The notes below the pieces were generated by a model that had not been told where the DNA came from, did no database searches, and worked only from the letters and a program-made list of their open reading frames with translations. The position numbers and the translations under genes are program-made. Of a stretch of DNA of 64,000 nt, positions 35,513 through 45,736 are shown piece by piece. How positions within the stretch are numbered: position 1 is the stretch's first letter; each line of letters begins with the position of its first letter. The stretch comes from Clostridiales bacterium (GTDB lineage Bacteria; Bacillota; Clostridia; Christensenellales; Aristaeellaceae): NCBI GenBank assembly GCA_015056125.1, contig SVGW01000003.1:353-64352 (forward strand), given 5' to 3'.

Positions 35513-36568
35513 TCAATCCAGCAAACTGATCTGCTCTATGTCTCCGGAATCCTGATGAGCCGGCGCGGTGGGGGGCGTTTTGCCTAAGTGCTCGTAGGCA
35601 AGGGGGGTGCAAACGCGCCCTCTTGGGGTGCGCATGATAAAGCCAAGCTGCATGAGATAAGGCTCGTATACATCCTCGATGGTGACGGCGTCTTCTCCCG
35701 TTACAGCAGCCAGGGTATCCAGGCCCACCGGGCCGCCGCCGAATTTTTCGATCATGGCAGAAAGCACAGCCCGGTCAATGCGATCCAGGCCCAAGGCATC
35801 CACATCCTGCATATTCAGGCTATCCCGGGCCACTTCGGCGGTGATATGCCCGTCCCCGCGCACCTGGGCATAGTCCCGCACGCGCTTGAGCAATCGATTA
35901 GCAATACGGGGCGTGCCCCGGCTGCGGCGGGCAATTTCCAGAATCCCCTCGCTGTCATAGGGCATGCCAAGAATCCCGGCGGAGCGGGCCACAATCCGGG
36001 AAAGCTCTTCCGGGGTATACATTTCCAGGCGGAATACAATCCCAAAACGATCCCGCAAGGGAGCGGACAGGCGGCCAGCCCGGGTGGTAGCGCCAACCAA
36101 AGTGAACTTGGGAAGATCCAGGCGCATGGAACGGGCGGTGGGGCCCTTGCCGATCATAATATCCAGAGCGTAATCCTCCATAGCGGGATAGAGCACTTCT
36201 TCTACTGCCCGGGAAAGCCGATGGATTTCATCGATAAACAAAATATCACCGGCGTTTAAGTTGGTGAGGATGGAGGCCAGATCGCCGGGCCGCTCAATGG
36301 CCGGGCCGCTGGTGACGCGGATATTCTGGCCCATTTCGGCAGCCACAATGCAGGCCAGGGTGGTTTTGCCAAGGCCGGGCGGGCCATAGAGCAGAATATG
36401 ATCCAGGGCATCCCGGCGCTTGAGCGCAGCGTTGATATAGATGCCCAGGCTGCTTTTCACCTTTTCCTGGCCAATATATTCTCTTAAATGCCGGGGACGC
36501 AGGGAATTTTCGATATCCTGGTCTTCCTGGCGCATGCCGGTCATTACCAGCCGATCATCCTGTGGCAT
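35513..36568 (-). CDS. ruvB: Holliday junction branch migration ATPase RuvB
   Basis: It carries [15 protein letters not shown], Walker [10 protein letters not shown] and Walker B FIDEIHRL. Confidence 0.95.
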   Translation of the reverse strand: MPQDDRLVMTGMRQEDQDIENSLRPRHLREYIGQEKVKSSLGIYINAALKRRDALDHILLYGPPGLGKTTLACIVAAEMGQNIRVTSGPAIERPGDLASILTNLNAGDILFIDEIHRLSRAVEEVLYPAMEDYALDIMIGKGPTARSMRLDLPKFTLVGATTRAGRLSAPLRDRFGIVFRLEMYTPEELSRIVARSAGILGMPYDSEGILEIARRSRGTPRIANRLLKRVRDYAQVRGDGHITAEVARDSLNMQDVDALGLDRIDRAVLSAMIEKFGGGPVGLDTLAAVTGEDAVTIEDVYEPYLMQLGFIMRTPRGRVCTPLAYEHLGKTPPTAPAHQDSGDIEQISLLD

Positions 36569-36701
36569 AAGGCGCCTCCTTTTTATGGGGAAACCGCTTT
36601 TGAGCCAAAAGCGGTTTCCTCATACCCCTTCCGAAAAGCGAATCGGGATAATTCAAATAACCGCTGATGTCAGTTGCATTCCCCGAGGTAATTATTTCTG
36701 A

Positions 36702-37304
36702 TTAGAACCCAGCCATATTTCTGAGCGCCAAGCGAACCAATTCGTTGGCCGAATCGCTCTGGCCCCGCACCTGGCCAATAGCTTTGGCAGCTTCGGCGGG
36801 CGTGTAGCCCAAAGCCTGCAGGGCGGCCAATGCTTCGGTGGCGGCGTCCTCTTGAATGGGAGTATAGGCGCCGCCGGATACGGGCACGGCGTCCAGATCG
36901 CTTTGATCCACCTTTTCTTTCAATTCCAGCGCCAATCGCTGAGCGGTTTTTTTGCCCACGCCGGGGGCACGGGAAAGGGTGGTGATATCCCCGGTAACGA
37001 TGGCCAAGGTAAGATCCCTCAGCGGCATGCTGCCCAGGATGGAAAGGGCCACCTTGGGGCCAATACCGCTGACGGAAAGAAGCCTTGCAAACATGCTTTT
37101 TTCTTCCCGGGTGGCGAAGCCGAATAATTCCATGGCATCTTCCCGCACGGAAAAATGGGTATACATTTTCATGGATTCGCCCACGGGGGGAATCTCCTGC
37201 AAGGTGGTCATGCTGCAGGAGAGGAGATAGCCCACTCCGCCCACATCGATCACCACTTCGTTCTGGCCCTTTTCTGCTACGGTGCCTTTCAGATATGCGT
37301 ACAT
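36702..37304 (-). CDS. ruvA: Holliday junction DNA helicase subunit RuvA
   Basis: The start is MYAYLKGTV, with HhH motifs LLSVSGIGPKVAL and LSRAPGVGKKTAQR. Confidence 0.93.
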   Translation of the reverse strand: MYAYLKGTVAEKGQNEVVIDVGGVGYLLSCSMTTLQEIPPVGESMKMYTHFSVREDAMELFGFATREEKSMFARLLSVSGIGPKVALSILGSMPLRDLTLAIVTGDITTLSRAPGVGKKTAQRLALELKEKVDQSDLDAVPVSGGAYTPIQEDAATEALAALQALGYTPAEAAKAIGQVRGQSDSANELVRLALRNMAGF

Positions 37305-37318
37305 GCTTTCCTCCCGGA

Positions 37319-37813
37319 TTACTTCATCAAAAACTGCTCCTTCATGCGCCCGGAGGCGGCATGGGTGAGGGTGGCGGCCACGGCATCGGCGGCGTCGTCA
37401 GGACGAATGATTTGGGGCAGGTTCAGCATCATTTTCACCATTTGCTGCACCTGCATTTTATCCGCCTTGCCATAGCCGGTCACGGCCTGCTTGATCTGCA
37501 TGGGGGTGTATTCATAAAGGGGACGGCCGTATTCCGCGCAGGCGCAAAGGGCTGCGCCCCGGGCTGCGCCCACGTTCAGCGCTGTGGTCACGTTCTTGGC
37601 AAAGAACAGCTCTTCAAATACGATTTCATCAGGGGAATAGGTGATGAGCAGCTCTTTCACGCCGGTAAAGATGCTATGCAGCCGATGGGGCATGGCCATA
37701 TCCGGCGGGGTGATAATAGCGCCGCAATCCACTAAATAATGCCTGCTTCCGTTGGTTTCCAATACGCCCCAGCCCATGGTGGCCAGGCCTGGGTCAATCC
37801 CTAAAATCCGCAT
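37319..37813 (-). CDS. ruvC: Crossover junction endodeoxyribonuclease RuvC
   Basis: The start is MRILGIDPGLATMGWGV, the protein is 164 aa, and it sits upstream of ruvA/ruvB. Confidence 0.93.
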   Translation of the reverse strand: MRILGIDPGLATMGWGVLETNGSRHYLVDCGAIITPPDMAMPHRLHSIFTGVKELLITYSPDEIVFEELFFAKNVTTALNVGAARGAALCACAEYGRPLYEYTPMQIKQAVTGYGKADKMQVQQMVKMMLNLPQIIRPDDAADAVAATLTHAASGRMKEQFLMK

Positions 37814-37970
37814 GGTTTTCCCCCTTTTATAACTTCCCTATTATAGAACGAATGTGCGCTTTTGTCAATCAAAGGAAAATGATGCCAAAAATTGATTAGA
37901 TAAGTGCAAAAATAATATTGACAAAACTGATGAAATAAATATAATATAAATCGCAAGCAAAAGGAGATGG

Positions 37971-38336
37971 ATGAATATGGAGTGGAAAGCGCTTGAAAAT
38001 GATTACCTTGCCTGGATGCAGGAAGAAAAGAAGCAGGTGGAGAAAAGAATGGAAGTCCTTCGGTTTCAGGGGTGCGGGGATGATGCCATGCTGGAAAAAA
38101 TTCGCCTGAATATTTATGATGCCTTTGAGGCAGTGATTCGGGCGGGAGAAAAGCAGAAGGCCGGGGAGGAAATTGCTTTTTGCCTGAGCCGGCTGGAAGG
38201 AATTCCGGCGATGTGGGAAGAAAAATTGAAAAAGGCCCAGCTTCATGAGAATGCCAGAGAAGTAGCTATTGAAAGCGTAAAGCTGGAAACGGCCCGGCAT
38301 CTTAGAGAAAAGTTTATTGAAGGAATGGAAGCATAA
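37971..38336 (+). CDS. Hypothetical helical protein (121 aa)
   Basis: AAGGAG lies upstream, and the alternative ATG at 37977 has better spacing. The stop TAA is followed 1 nt later by the ATG of the ArsR-like gene. Confidence 0.55.
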   Translation: MNMEWKALENDYLAWMQEEKKQVEKRMEVLRFQGCGDDAMLEKIRLNIYDAFEAVIRAGEKQKAGEEIAFCLSRLEGIPAMWEEKLKKAQLHENAREVAIESVKLETARHLREKFIEGMEA

Positions 38337-38337
38337 A

Positions 38338-38910
38338 ATGACAGAGCAGCAAGCCGTACAATTATTTAAATGCCTGGCTGACGCCACCCGGCTGCAGATC
38401 GTGAAATCCTTGAAAGAAAAGCCGTTATATGTGGAATTGCTGGCAGAGAGGCTGGAGCGCACGCCCTCCACCATTTCTTTTCATCTGAAAAAGCTGGAGG
38501 AAGCAGGGCTGGTGGAGAGCAGAAAAGAACAGTATTATGCCGTGTATGCCTTGAATGAAAGCGCTTTGAATGATCGGATCATCGATATCATCTGCGAAAA
38601 ATCTGCCCAGGAGAATGACCAGATGCAGCGGGAGGCGCTTTATCGCCAAAAAGTGCTGGATACCTTTATGGAATACGGAAAGCTGAAAAGCATCCCGGTA
38701 CAGCGAAAAAAGAAAAGGATCATCCTGGAGAAGATTGGCGAAAGCTTTGAAAAAGGAAAAATATATCCGGAACGGGAAGTGAATATCATCATTGCCGATT
38801 ATCACGATGATTTTTGCACCCTGCGGCGGGATTTGATCTCCGAAGGCATTATGGAAAGAGACGGCCGGGGATACTGGCTGACCGATGAAGAACAGGAAGA
38901 AAACAGTTGA
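38338..38910 (+). CDS. ArsR-family HTH regulator with a DUF2087-like C-terminal domain
   Basis: The ArsR wHTH region is LFKCLADATRLQIVKSLKEKPLYVELLAERLERTPSTISFHLKKLEEAGLV. The C-terminal ...YPEREVNIIIADYHDDFCTLRRDLI region is typical of DUF2087. Confidence 0.75.
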   Translation: MTEQQAVQLFKCLADATRLQIVKSLKEKPLYVELLAERLERTPSTISFHLKKLEEAGLVESRKEQYYAVYALNESALNDRIIDIICEKSAQENDQMQREALYRQKVLDTFMEYGKLKSIPVQRKKKRIILEKIGESFEKGKIYPEREVNIIIADYHDDFCTLRRDLISEGIMERDGRGYWLTDEEQEENS

Positions 38911-38989
38911 CAGATCCTTTCGGAGATGATATAACGGATTTACATGGATGAAATCGTACCAACAGAAGAACGTTTAGGAGGGAAAAATA

Positions 38990-40303
38990 ATGTTGAAAGC
39001 TGGATTTGCGCGGGTGGATGTAACGCCGCCTCTGGGCTCTGATCTGTCGGGATATTTCTATCGGAGATTGGCAACGGGCACCAAGGATCCTTTGTATGTC
39101 AATGCGGTGGCCATTGAAAATGATGAAGAAAAGATCATCCTTATCGCCATCGACTATATCGGCATCAAGCTGAACTATAATATGAAGATCCGCAAGATGA
39201 TCGAGGAGCGCACGGGCGTGCCCGTTGATCATGTGCTGCTTGCCGCCCTGCATCAGCATACCGCTCCCTGCATCGGGGATGAAGTTGATAAGTTTACGGC
39301 CCTGCGGGATCCCATTTTCCAGGATGTGCTTTTCCGCAAAATTGCCGATGCTGCCGTGATGGCCGTTGCTGATTTGCAAGAGGCCGTGATGAGCACCGCG
39401 GAAAGGGAAGTGGAGGAGCCCATCGCCTTCGTACGCCGCTATTTTACTGCGGATGGCAGCGTGCAGACCAATCCCGATACCAAGAAATACACCTTGACGA
39501 AGCGGTGCGCTGAGGCGGATAATACCATGCGCCTTATCCGCTTTACCCGGGAAAAGGCCAACGATATCGCTATTTTGAATTTCTCCACCCACCCCGACGT
39601 GGTGACGGGCATGGAATTCTCCGCCGACTGGCCCGGCTTCACCCGGAAATACTTTGAAGAAGATGTGCCCGGCGTTTCTTCCTTGTTCTTCACCGGCTGC
39701 CAGGGGGACAGCAATCATTTCGATTTCTTTAAGCCCAAGGAAGAACGCCTCAAGAATAATTGCGGTTATGACCATGCCAAGTATATGGGCCGGATCGTGG
39801 CCAATGCTGCCAAGGCGGCCTGGGGCGAAACCAAGGAATGCGCTCAGCAGGGCATTTTTGCAGAAAACACCGTGCTTTACAACAAAACCAACGTGGAAGA
39901 TGTGGATCAGTACGATCATTACAAGGCCTGGTATGATGATTACGAGGCGGGGCGCCTGGATTACAATCCTCATATTACCGAGCTTGCCTATGCCAGCCGC
40001 ATCATCCGCCTGCGCACCGCGCCTATCTTCCATCCCGTTCCCCTGACTGTGATGGGTATTGGCGGCGTGGCCTTCGTGGGCTTTGGCGGCGAAGCATTTA
40101 CGGCTTACGGCGCAGCCATGCGTGCCCTGGTTCCAGAAAAATTCGTGGTGTGCGCAGTGTGCGCCAACGGCTATGAAGGCTACTTCCCCACGGAAGAAGC
40201 ATTCGGCCAGGGCGGCTACGAAGCCAAGAGCTCCCTCTTTACCCCCACCCTGGAAAAAGAAATTGTGGCGGCAGCCGACGAAATTTTCAAGAAGCACCGC
40301 TAA
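38990..40303 (+). CDS. Neutral/alkaline ceramidase-like N-terminal domain hydrolase family protein
   Basis: The N-terminus MLKAGFARVDVTPPLGSDLSGYF is characteristic of that family. The protein is 437 aa with no signal peptide. Confidence 0.55.
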   Translation: MLKAGFARVDVTPPLGSDLSGYFYRRLATGTKDPLYVNAVAIENDEEKIILIAIDYIGIKLNYNMKIRKMIEERTGVPVDHVLLAALHQHTAPCIGDEVDKFTALRDPIFQDVLFRKIADAAVMAVADLQEAVMSTAEREVEEPIAFVRRYFTADGSVQTNPDTKKYTLTKRCAEADNTMRLIRFTREKANDIAILNFSTHPDVVTGMEFSADWPGFTRKYFEEDVPGVSSLFFTGCQGDSNHFDFFKPKEERLKNNCGYDHAKYMGRIVANAAKAAWGETKECAQQGIFAENTVLYNKTNVEDVDQYDHYKAWYDDYEAGRLDYNPHITELAYASRIIRLRTAPIFHPVPLTVMGIGGVAFVGFGGEAFTAYGAAMRALVPEKFVVCAVCANGYEGYFPTEEAFGQGGYEAKSSLFTPTLEKEIVAAADEIFKKHR

Positions 40304-40310
40304 TATAAAA

Positions 40311-40346
40311 GCTCCTGATTCCCAAGCGGAATCAGGAGCCTTTTTT
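40311..40346 (+). terminator. Intrinsic terminator
   Basis: The hairpin is GCTCCTGATTC, a 7-nt loop, then GAATCAGGAGC, followed by CTTTTTT. Confidence 0.85.
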
Positions 40347-40459
40347 ATCATCGGGGAGAAATGGCTGATAGAAAATTGATCCTCCTATAAAGGAATCAGT
40401 TTTCTTGGAGAAGGTACGGGAGGGGCTTTTTATATGAAAGCCTCTCCCGCTATTTTTCC

Positions 40460-42610
40460 TTACATCCGGCCCTTTACCATAGTAAGCGCGATGCGCTTTT
40501 TCTTTTCATCCACATCGACCACCCATACCTTGACCACATCACCCACCTTCACAACTTCGGAGGGATGCCGGATAAAGCGATCTGCCAGCCGGGAAATATG
40601 CACCAGGCCATCCTGATGCACGCCGATATCCACGAAAGCGCCAAAGTCGATGACGTTTCGCACGGTGCCGGTCAATTCCATGCCGGGCTGCAGATCCTTG
40701 ATGTCTAATACATCTGTGCGCAAAACAGGAGCAGGCAGGGAATCGCGGGGGTCACGGCCGGGCTTTTGAAGCTCGGAAAGCACATCTTTCAAGGTGGGCA
40801 GACCAATGGAAAGCTGGGCGGCCAGCTGATCCAGCCCATATTCCTGGGCCTTTTCTCCAATCCCGGGCACGCCGCCGTTTTTCACATCCTTCACATCGTA
40901 GCCAAGGAGGAAAAGGAGCTGCTTGGCAGCGTCATAGCTTTCGGGGTGCACGGCGGTGGCGTCCAGAGGATTTTTGCTGTCCATTACCCGCAAAAATCCT
41001 GCGCACTGCTCAAAGGCCTTGGGCCCCAGCTTGGGCACCTTTTTCAGCGCTGCACGGCTTGGAATGCCGTTTTCTTCCCGATAGGCCACGATATTCTTGG
41101 CCAGGGCGGGGCCAATGCCGGCCACATGAGAAAGCAATTCTGCCGAAGCGGTGGATACTTCAACCCCCACCAGGTTCACGCACTGCTCCACCACGCCGTC
41201 CAAGGCACCGGTTAATTCATTCTGCTTTAAATCATGCTGATACTGGCCCACGCCAATGGCTTTGGGATCAATCTTCACCAGCTCGGCCAGGGGATCCTGC
41301 ATGCGCCGGGCAATGGAAACGGCGCTGCGGAGGGATACATCAAACTCCGGGAATTCCTGGGCGGCCAGCTTGCTGGCGGAATAAACGGAGGCACCGGCCT
41401 CGCTGACGATCACATAGGCAACGCCGGGCATATCGGGAAGCAGGGAAGCAATGAACTGTTCGCTTTCCCGGGAGGCGGTGCCGTTGCCAATGGCAATGGC
41501 GGTGACCCCATGATCCTTTACCATGCGCCTGATGAGCTTGGCTGACTGGGCCTTCTGGAATTCTTGGCCGGGGAGGGTGAAATGCCCTACCCCCGTTTCC
41601 AATACCTTGCCGTTTTCATCGATCACGGCCAATTTGCAGCCCGTGCGGAAGCCGGGGTCCACACCCAGGGTCACTTTCCCCTTGATGGGGGGCTGCATGA
41701 GAAGCTGGTGCAGGTTATCGGAAAACACCCGGATGGCGGATTCATTGGCCCGGTCGGTGAGCTCATTGCGGATTTCCCGCTCCATGGAGGGGAAAAGAAG
41801 GCGTTCCCAGGCGTCCTCGCAGGCCAGGGCCACCTGCTCGGAAGCGGCGGAGCCCGGGCGCACAAAGGCGTTTTTCACATCACGGAGCGCATGCTCATCG
41901 GCGATTTTCAAGGTGACTTTCAAAAATTCTTCCCGCTCGCCCCGGTTTACGGCCAGAATACGGTGGGCAGCCATTTTGGCCACCGGCTCCTGATATTCAT
42001 AATACATGCGGTATACGCTGTCTTCTTCCTTGGCGGCGCGGCTTTCAATCACGCCTTCCCGAAGCAGAAGCGCACGCAGATCCTTACGAAGAGCGGCATC
42101 GTCGCTGACGGATTCGGCAATAATATCCCGGGCGCCTGAAAGGGCGCTTTCGGCGTCCGATACTTCTTTTTCTTCGCTGATGTATTTTGCGGCTTCCGCC
42201 ATGGGATCGGCCTTGGGAAGCTGCAGAAGCAGCCACAGAGCCAAAGGCTCCAGGCCCTTTTCCTTGGCGATGGTGGCCCGGGTGCGGCGCTTGGGGCGGA
42301 AGGGGCGGTAAAGATCCTCCAATTCCGCCAGGGTTTGAGCGGCGGCAAGCTTATGAGAAAGTTCATCCGTCAATACGCCCTGTTCGGTGAGGGATTTTTC
42401 AATTTCCTCCCGGCGCTTTTGCAGTCCGCGCAGGTATTCCAGACGATCGGATAATTCCCGCAGCACCTGATCATCCAATGATCCCGTGGCTTCCTTGCGG
42501 TAGCGGGCGATAAAGGGGATGGTGTTGCCTGCATCCAACAGCTCCATGACGGCTTGCACCTGCTGAGGGCGCAGGGAAAATTCCTTGGCCAGAATGGTTA
42601 CGAAATCCAT
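40460..42610 (-). CDS. tex: Tex-family RNA-binding transcription accessory protein
   Basis: The N-terminus is typical of Tex (FIARYRKE), with YqgF/HhH regions and a C-terminal S1 domain (GTVRNVIDFGAFVDIGVHQDGLVHIS). The protein is 716 aa. Confidence 0.92.
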   Translation of the reverse strand: MDFVTILAKEFSLRPQQVQAVMELLDAGNTIPFIARYRKEATGSLDDQVLRELSDRLEYLRGLQKRREEIEKSLTEQGVLTDELSHKLAAAQTLAELEDLYRPFRPKRRTRATIAKEKGLEPLALWLLLQLPKADPMAEAAKYISEEKEVSDAESALSGARDIIAESVSDDAALRKDLRALLLREGVIESRAAKEEDSVYRMYYEYQEPVAKMAAHRILAVNRGEREEFLKVTLKIADEHALRDVKNAFVRPGSAASEQVALACEDAWERLLFPSMEREIRNELTDRANESAIRVFSDNLHQLLMQPPIKGKVTLGVDPGFRTGCKLAVIDENGKVLETGVGHFTLPGQEFQKAQSAKLIRRMVKDHGVTAIAIGNGTASRESEQFIASLLPDMPGVAYVIVSEAGASVYSASKLAAQEFPEFDVSLRSAVSIARRMQDPLAELVKIDPKAIGVGQYQHDLKQNELTGALDGVVEQCVNLVGVEVSTASAELLSHVAGIGPALAKNIVAYREENGIPSRAALKKVPKLGPKAFEQCAGFLRVMDSKNPLDATAVHPESYDAAKQLLFLLGYDVKDVKNGGVPGIGEKAQEYGLDQLAAQLSIGLPTLKDVLSELQKPGRDPRDSLPAPVLRTDVLDIKDLQPGMELTGTVRNVIDFGAFVDIGVHQDGLVHISRLADRFIRHPSEVVKVGDVVKVWVVDVDEKKKRIALTMVKGRM

Positions 42611-42627
42611 TTAGAATCAACCTCCGT

Positions 42628-43962
42628 TTAAGTGAGTTTTCTGATTTTACAGGCATAGGTGGCAAAAAGCAAGATGGCTGCGCCGATCCAGGCGGAAACC
42701 TCTGCAATATACAAGCCCAGCTGCCCCAAGATGCCGGGAAGCAGCAGGGCGCAGCCCACCCGCATGATAAGCTCTACAATACCGGAGATCATGGGGGTGA
42801 GGGTATCGCCCATGCCCTGAAGGGCGGAGCGGTATACATAGAGAAGATACAGCGCGATGAGGCTGGACAGCATGACGTTCAGATATAATTGCGCCACATC
42901 CAATACCTGATCAAACTGAGCGGCGCTGCTATCTACAAACAGCGAGAGCACAGGACGGCCGATGATAAACAATACCAGAGAAATCACCAGCGCAGTAGCT
43001 ACGGAAATTATCGCGCCAATATTCACGCCTTTTTTTATACGCTGCATTTTTCCTGCGCCAAAGTTTTGCCCGGCATAGGTGGCGATGGAAGCGCCAAAGG
43101 AGGTGGCAGCCATTTCCAGCAGGCCGTAGAGCTTGTTGGTGGCGGTGTACCCGGCGATAAAGATTTCGCCAAAGCTGTTCACCACCCGGGAAACGACCAT
43201 ACCGCCCACGCCGATGATGCCATTTTGCAGGGCAGCAGGGGTGCCAAGCTCAATCAGGCGGCGGGCAGTTTTCCTTTCGGGGCGAAGATCCTTTTTCCCA
43301 AAGCGAATGATGGGCATTTTTTTGATGATTTTCAGGCAATACAGCGCTGAAATGCCCTGAGCCATCACGGTTGCAATGGCGGCGCCTGCCACGCCCCAGG
43401 GAATTACGATCACAAGGAGCGCATCCAAAGCGATATTGGAAACGGAAGCGATGATCATGGCGATGAGAGGCGTGCGTGCATCGCCCACAGCGCGCAGGAT
43501 GCATGCCTGCACGTTATAGGCCCCCAGGATAGGAAGGCCGGCAAAGAGGAGGCGAAGATACTGGGAAGCCTGGGGCCTGATATCCAAGGGCACTTGCAAA
43601 AGGGCCAGCACTGGGGCAACAAGCAATTGGCTGATGACCAGCAAAAATAAAGCGATGATCACTGTGAGAGAAACGGATTGACCCACAGCCTTACGCAATT
43701 CTTCTTTGTTTCCTGCACCGAAACATTGGGAAATATGCACAGAAAAACCCTGAGTGAAGCCCCAGATCATGCCCATGATCAGCCAATTGAACCAATCGGC
43801 AGAACCAACCGCTGCCAGGGCCTGGATGCCGGCGAACTGGCCTACAAAGGCGGCATCTATAATGGTATATAGCTGCTGGCAGATGTTTCCAGCCATAATG
43901 GGCAGGGCAAAGCGAAAAATCAGCTTTCCCGGCTTGCCTGCCGTCATATCTGTTCCTTGCAT
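42628..43962 (-). CDS. MATE-family efflux transporter
   Basis: The start MQGTDMTAGKPGKLIFRFALPIMAGNICQQLY follows GGAGGAA. The protein has 12 TM segments and is 444 aa. Confidence 0.85.
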   Translation of the reverse strand: MQGTDMTAGKPGKLIFRFALPIMAGNICQQLYTIIDAAFVGQFAGIQALAAVGSADWFNWLIMGMIWGFTQGFSVHISQCFGAGNKEELRKAVGQSVSLTVIIALFLLVISQLLVAPVLALLQVPLDIRPQASQYLRLLFAGLPILGAYNVQACILRAVGDARTPLIAMIIASVSNIALDALLVIVIPWGVAGAAIATVMAQGISALYCLKIIKKMPIIRFGKKDLRPERKTARRLIELGTPAALQNGIIGVGGMVVSRVVNSFGEIFIAGYTATNKLYGLLEMAATSFGASIATYAGQNFGAGKMQRIKKGVNIGAIISVATALVISLVLFIIGRPVLSLFVDSSAAQFDQVLDVAQLYLNVMLSSLIALYLLYVYRSALQGMGDTLTPMISGIVELIMRVGCALLLPGILGQLGLYIAEVSAWIGAAILLFATYACKIRKLT

Positions 43963-44027
43963 GATTTCCTCCAAATTTGATAACGTGCGAAAGCCATTAT
44001 ACGAAATTTTTAAAAGAAACGCAAGCA

Positions 44028-44059
44028 AATAAAAAGCGCCCGATGGGAAATCGGGCGCT
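44028..44059 (-). terminator. Intrinsic terminator after the second MATE gene
   Basis: On the minus strand the hairpin is AGCGCCCGAT-TTCCC-ATCGGGCGCT followed by TTTTATTT. Confidence 0.8.
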
Positions 44060-44075
44060 GGAACGATGAATCGTA

Positions 44076-45479
44076 TTATGATTTCTGATCCTTGATTTCG
44101 CTGGAGGAAACCAGCATTTTGTTGCCAAGCTGCGCCTTGCGGTAATAGAGAATGGAAAGCACGCTGCAAAGGAGCCATCCGGCAGGATAGCCCATGGCCA
44201 GGGGAATCAGCTCATTCACGATAAAATTGGACACCACGAACAGATAGATCTGACGGAAAACCACGAAGGAGGAAAGCATGATATACATGGGCACCTTGCT
44301 GTTGCCCGCCCCGCGCTGGGCACCTGCATAGATCTGGTTGAAACAGCAGAGCACATAGAAAGGCGTGAGCCAACGGAGCAGCTGCGTTCCGTAGTCGATC
44401 ACTTCAGGCTTATCATTGAAAAAGGCTACCAGATGCGGAGCAAACGCGATCACCAATGCGGAAATAATCAGTGTGACCACAACGGAGATGCCAATCGCAA
44501 CGCTGACGCCCTTTTTGGCCCGGTCCATTTGGCCGCGGCCCAGATTCTGTCCCACGAAGGTAGTACAGGTAAGGGAGAGGGACTGCATGGGGAGGAAGAT
44601 CAGCTGGTCGATCTTATGATAGGCCGTGTAGCCGCCCATGCAATCGGCGCCGAACTGGTTGATATAGGATTGGGCGAATACATTGGCAAATGCCGTGACG
44701 GCCATCTGAAGTGCGGCGGGGATGCCCACTTTGATGGTCTTTTTCAGCATTTCCATGTGGAAACGGATTTTGCGAATGCGCACCTTGATCCAGGAATTTG
44801 TCCGTAAAAGGGTGATAATGGTAAGTGTTGCGGAAATTCCCTGAGAAATGATGGTGGCCCATGCCACGCCTTCAACACCCATATGGAATACCAGCACAAA
44901 CACCAGATCCAATACCGTATTGGTGATGGCGGCTACCACCAGGAAGATAAAGGGACGGCGGGAATCGCCCACGGCTCTGAGGATATTGGAACCCATGTTG
45001 TATAAAACAAGGCCGGCCAATCCGGAAAAATAGATGGTAAGATACGCGGAAGAATGGGGCATCACTTCTTCCGGTGTTTTGATCAGACGGAGCATCAGGG
45101 GCACCATGGAAACGCCGATGATCGTAAATGCCACAGCCAGCACCAGGGCCAGCATCACCGCATTATGTACAGCCTGCTGCACCTTTTCCTTATTCTTTGC
45201 CCCATAATACTGGCTGATCACCACGCCGGCACCGCTGGCAAGGCCGCCAAAGGCACCGATCAGCATATTCAGAATAGGCCCTACCGTACCTACGGCTGAA
45301 AAAGCCTCATTGCTTACATAATTACCCACCACCCAGGCGTCCACCATATTATAAAGCTGCTGGAAGAGATTCCCCATCAGCAAGGGAAGGGCAAAGGTGA
45401 TCATGTGCTTGAAAATATTGCCCTCGGTCATATCCACATCCCGGGAGGAACGGCGCGGCGCTTTTAATGCTTTTTCCAA
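44076..45479 (-). CDS. MATE-family efflux transporter
   Basis: The N-terminal motif NIFKHMITFALPLLMGNLFQQLY is present. The protein is 467 aa with 12 TM segments. Confidence 0.85.
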   Translation of the reverse strand: MEKALKAPRRSSRDVDMTEGNIFKHMITFALPLLMGNLFQQLYNMVDAWVVGNYVSNEAFSAVGTVGPILNMLIGAFGGLASGAGVVISQYYGAKNKEKVQQAVHNAVMLALVLAVAFTIIGVSMVPLMLRLIKTPEEVMPHSSAYLTIYFSGLAGLVLYNMGSNILRAVGDSRRPFIFLVVAAITNTVLDLVFVLVFHMGVEGVAWATIISQGISATLTIITLLRTNSWIKVRIRKIRFHMEMLKKTIKVGIPAALQMAVTAFANVFAQSYINQFGADCMGGYTAYHKIDQLIFLPMQSLSLTCTTFVGQNLGRGQMDRAKKGVSVAIGISVVVTLIISALVIAFAPHLVAFFNDKPEVIDYGTQLLRWLTPFYVLCCFNQIYAGAQRGAGNSKVPMYIMLSSFVVFRQIYLFVVSNFIVNELIPLAMGYPAGWLLCSVLSILYYRKAQLGNKMLVSSSEIKDQKS

Positions 45480-45736
45480 AATAAATGCATCCTTTCTTTG
45501 TAAACAAAAGCAGACGGGAAGAATATATCAACATGCATAAACGCATGGTTGTCTTTTCATTATAGCACAAAAAAAGCATTGTGAATGGTTTTTTATAAAT
45601 TTTTCTAAGCTGCAAAAATACTCGCAAAAAATACTCGCACAACAGCCTTTGCCCAATTTTGATATTGACGGAAAGGGGGGAGAATGATAAACTGAGAAGG
45701 AAGATTTTTCTTGTAATAATAAGGAGGACGAAAGAC

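Noticed and set aside
37896-38474. A 192-aa minus-strand ORF spanning the ruvC upstream region.
   Set aside because: It is antisense to two plus-strand genes that have RBSs and an ArsR HTH motif. The translation is Phe/Leu/Ile-rich low-complexity typical of AT-rich antisense sequence, and it has no RBS.
42628-45479. The tandem MATE genes (plus a third at 55900-57297) as an unusual efflux island.
   Set aside because: Multiple MATE paralogues are commonplace in Clostridia-type genomes. Each has an ordinary promoter and terminator layout, and nothing links them functionally.
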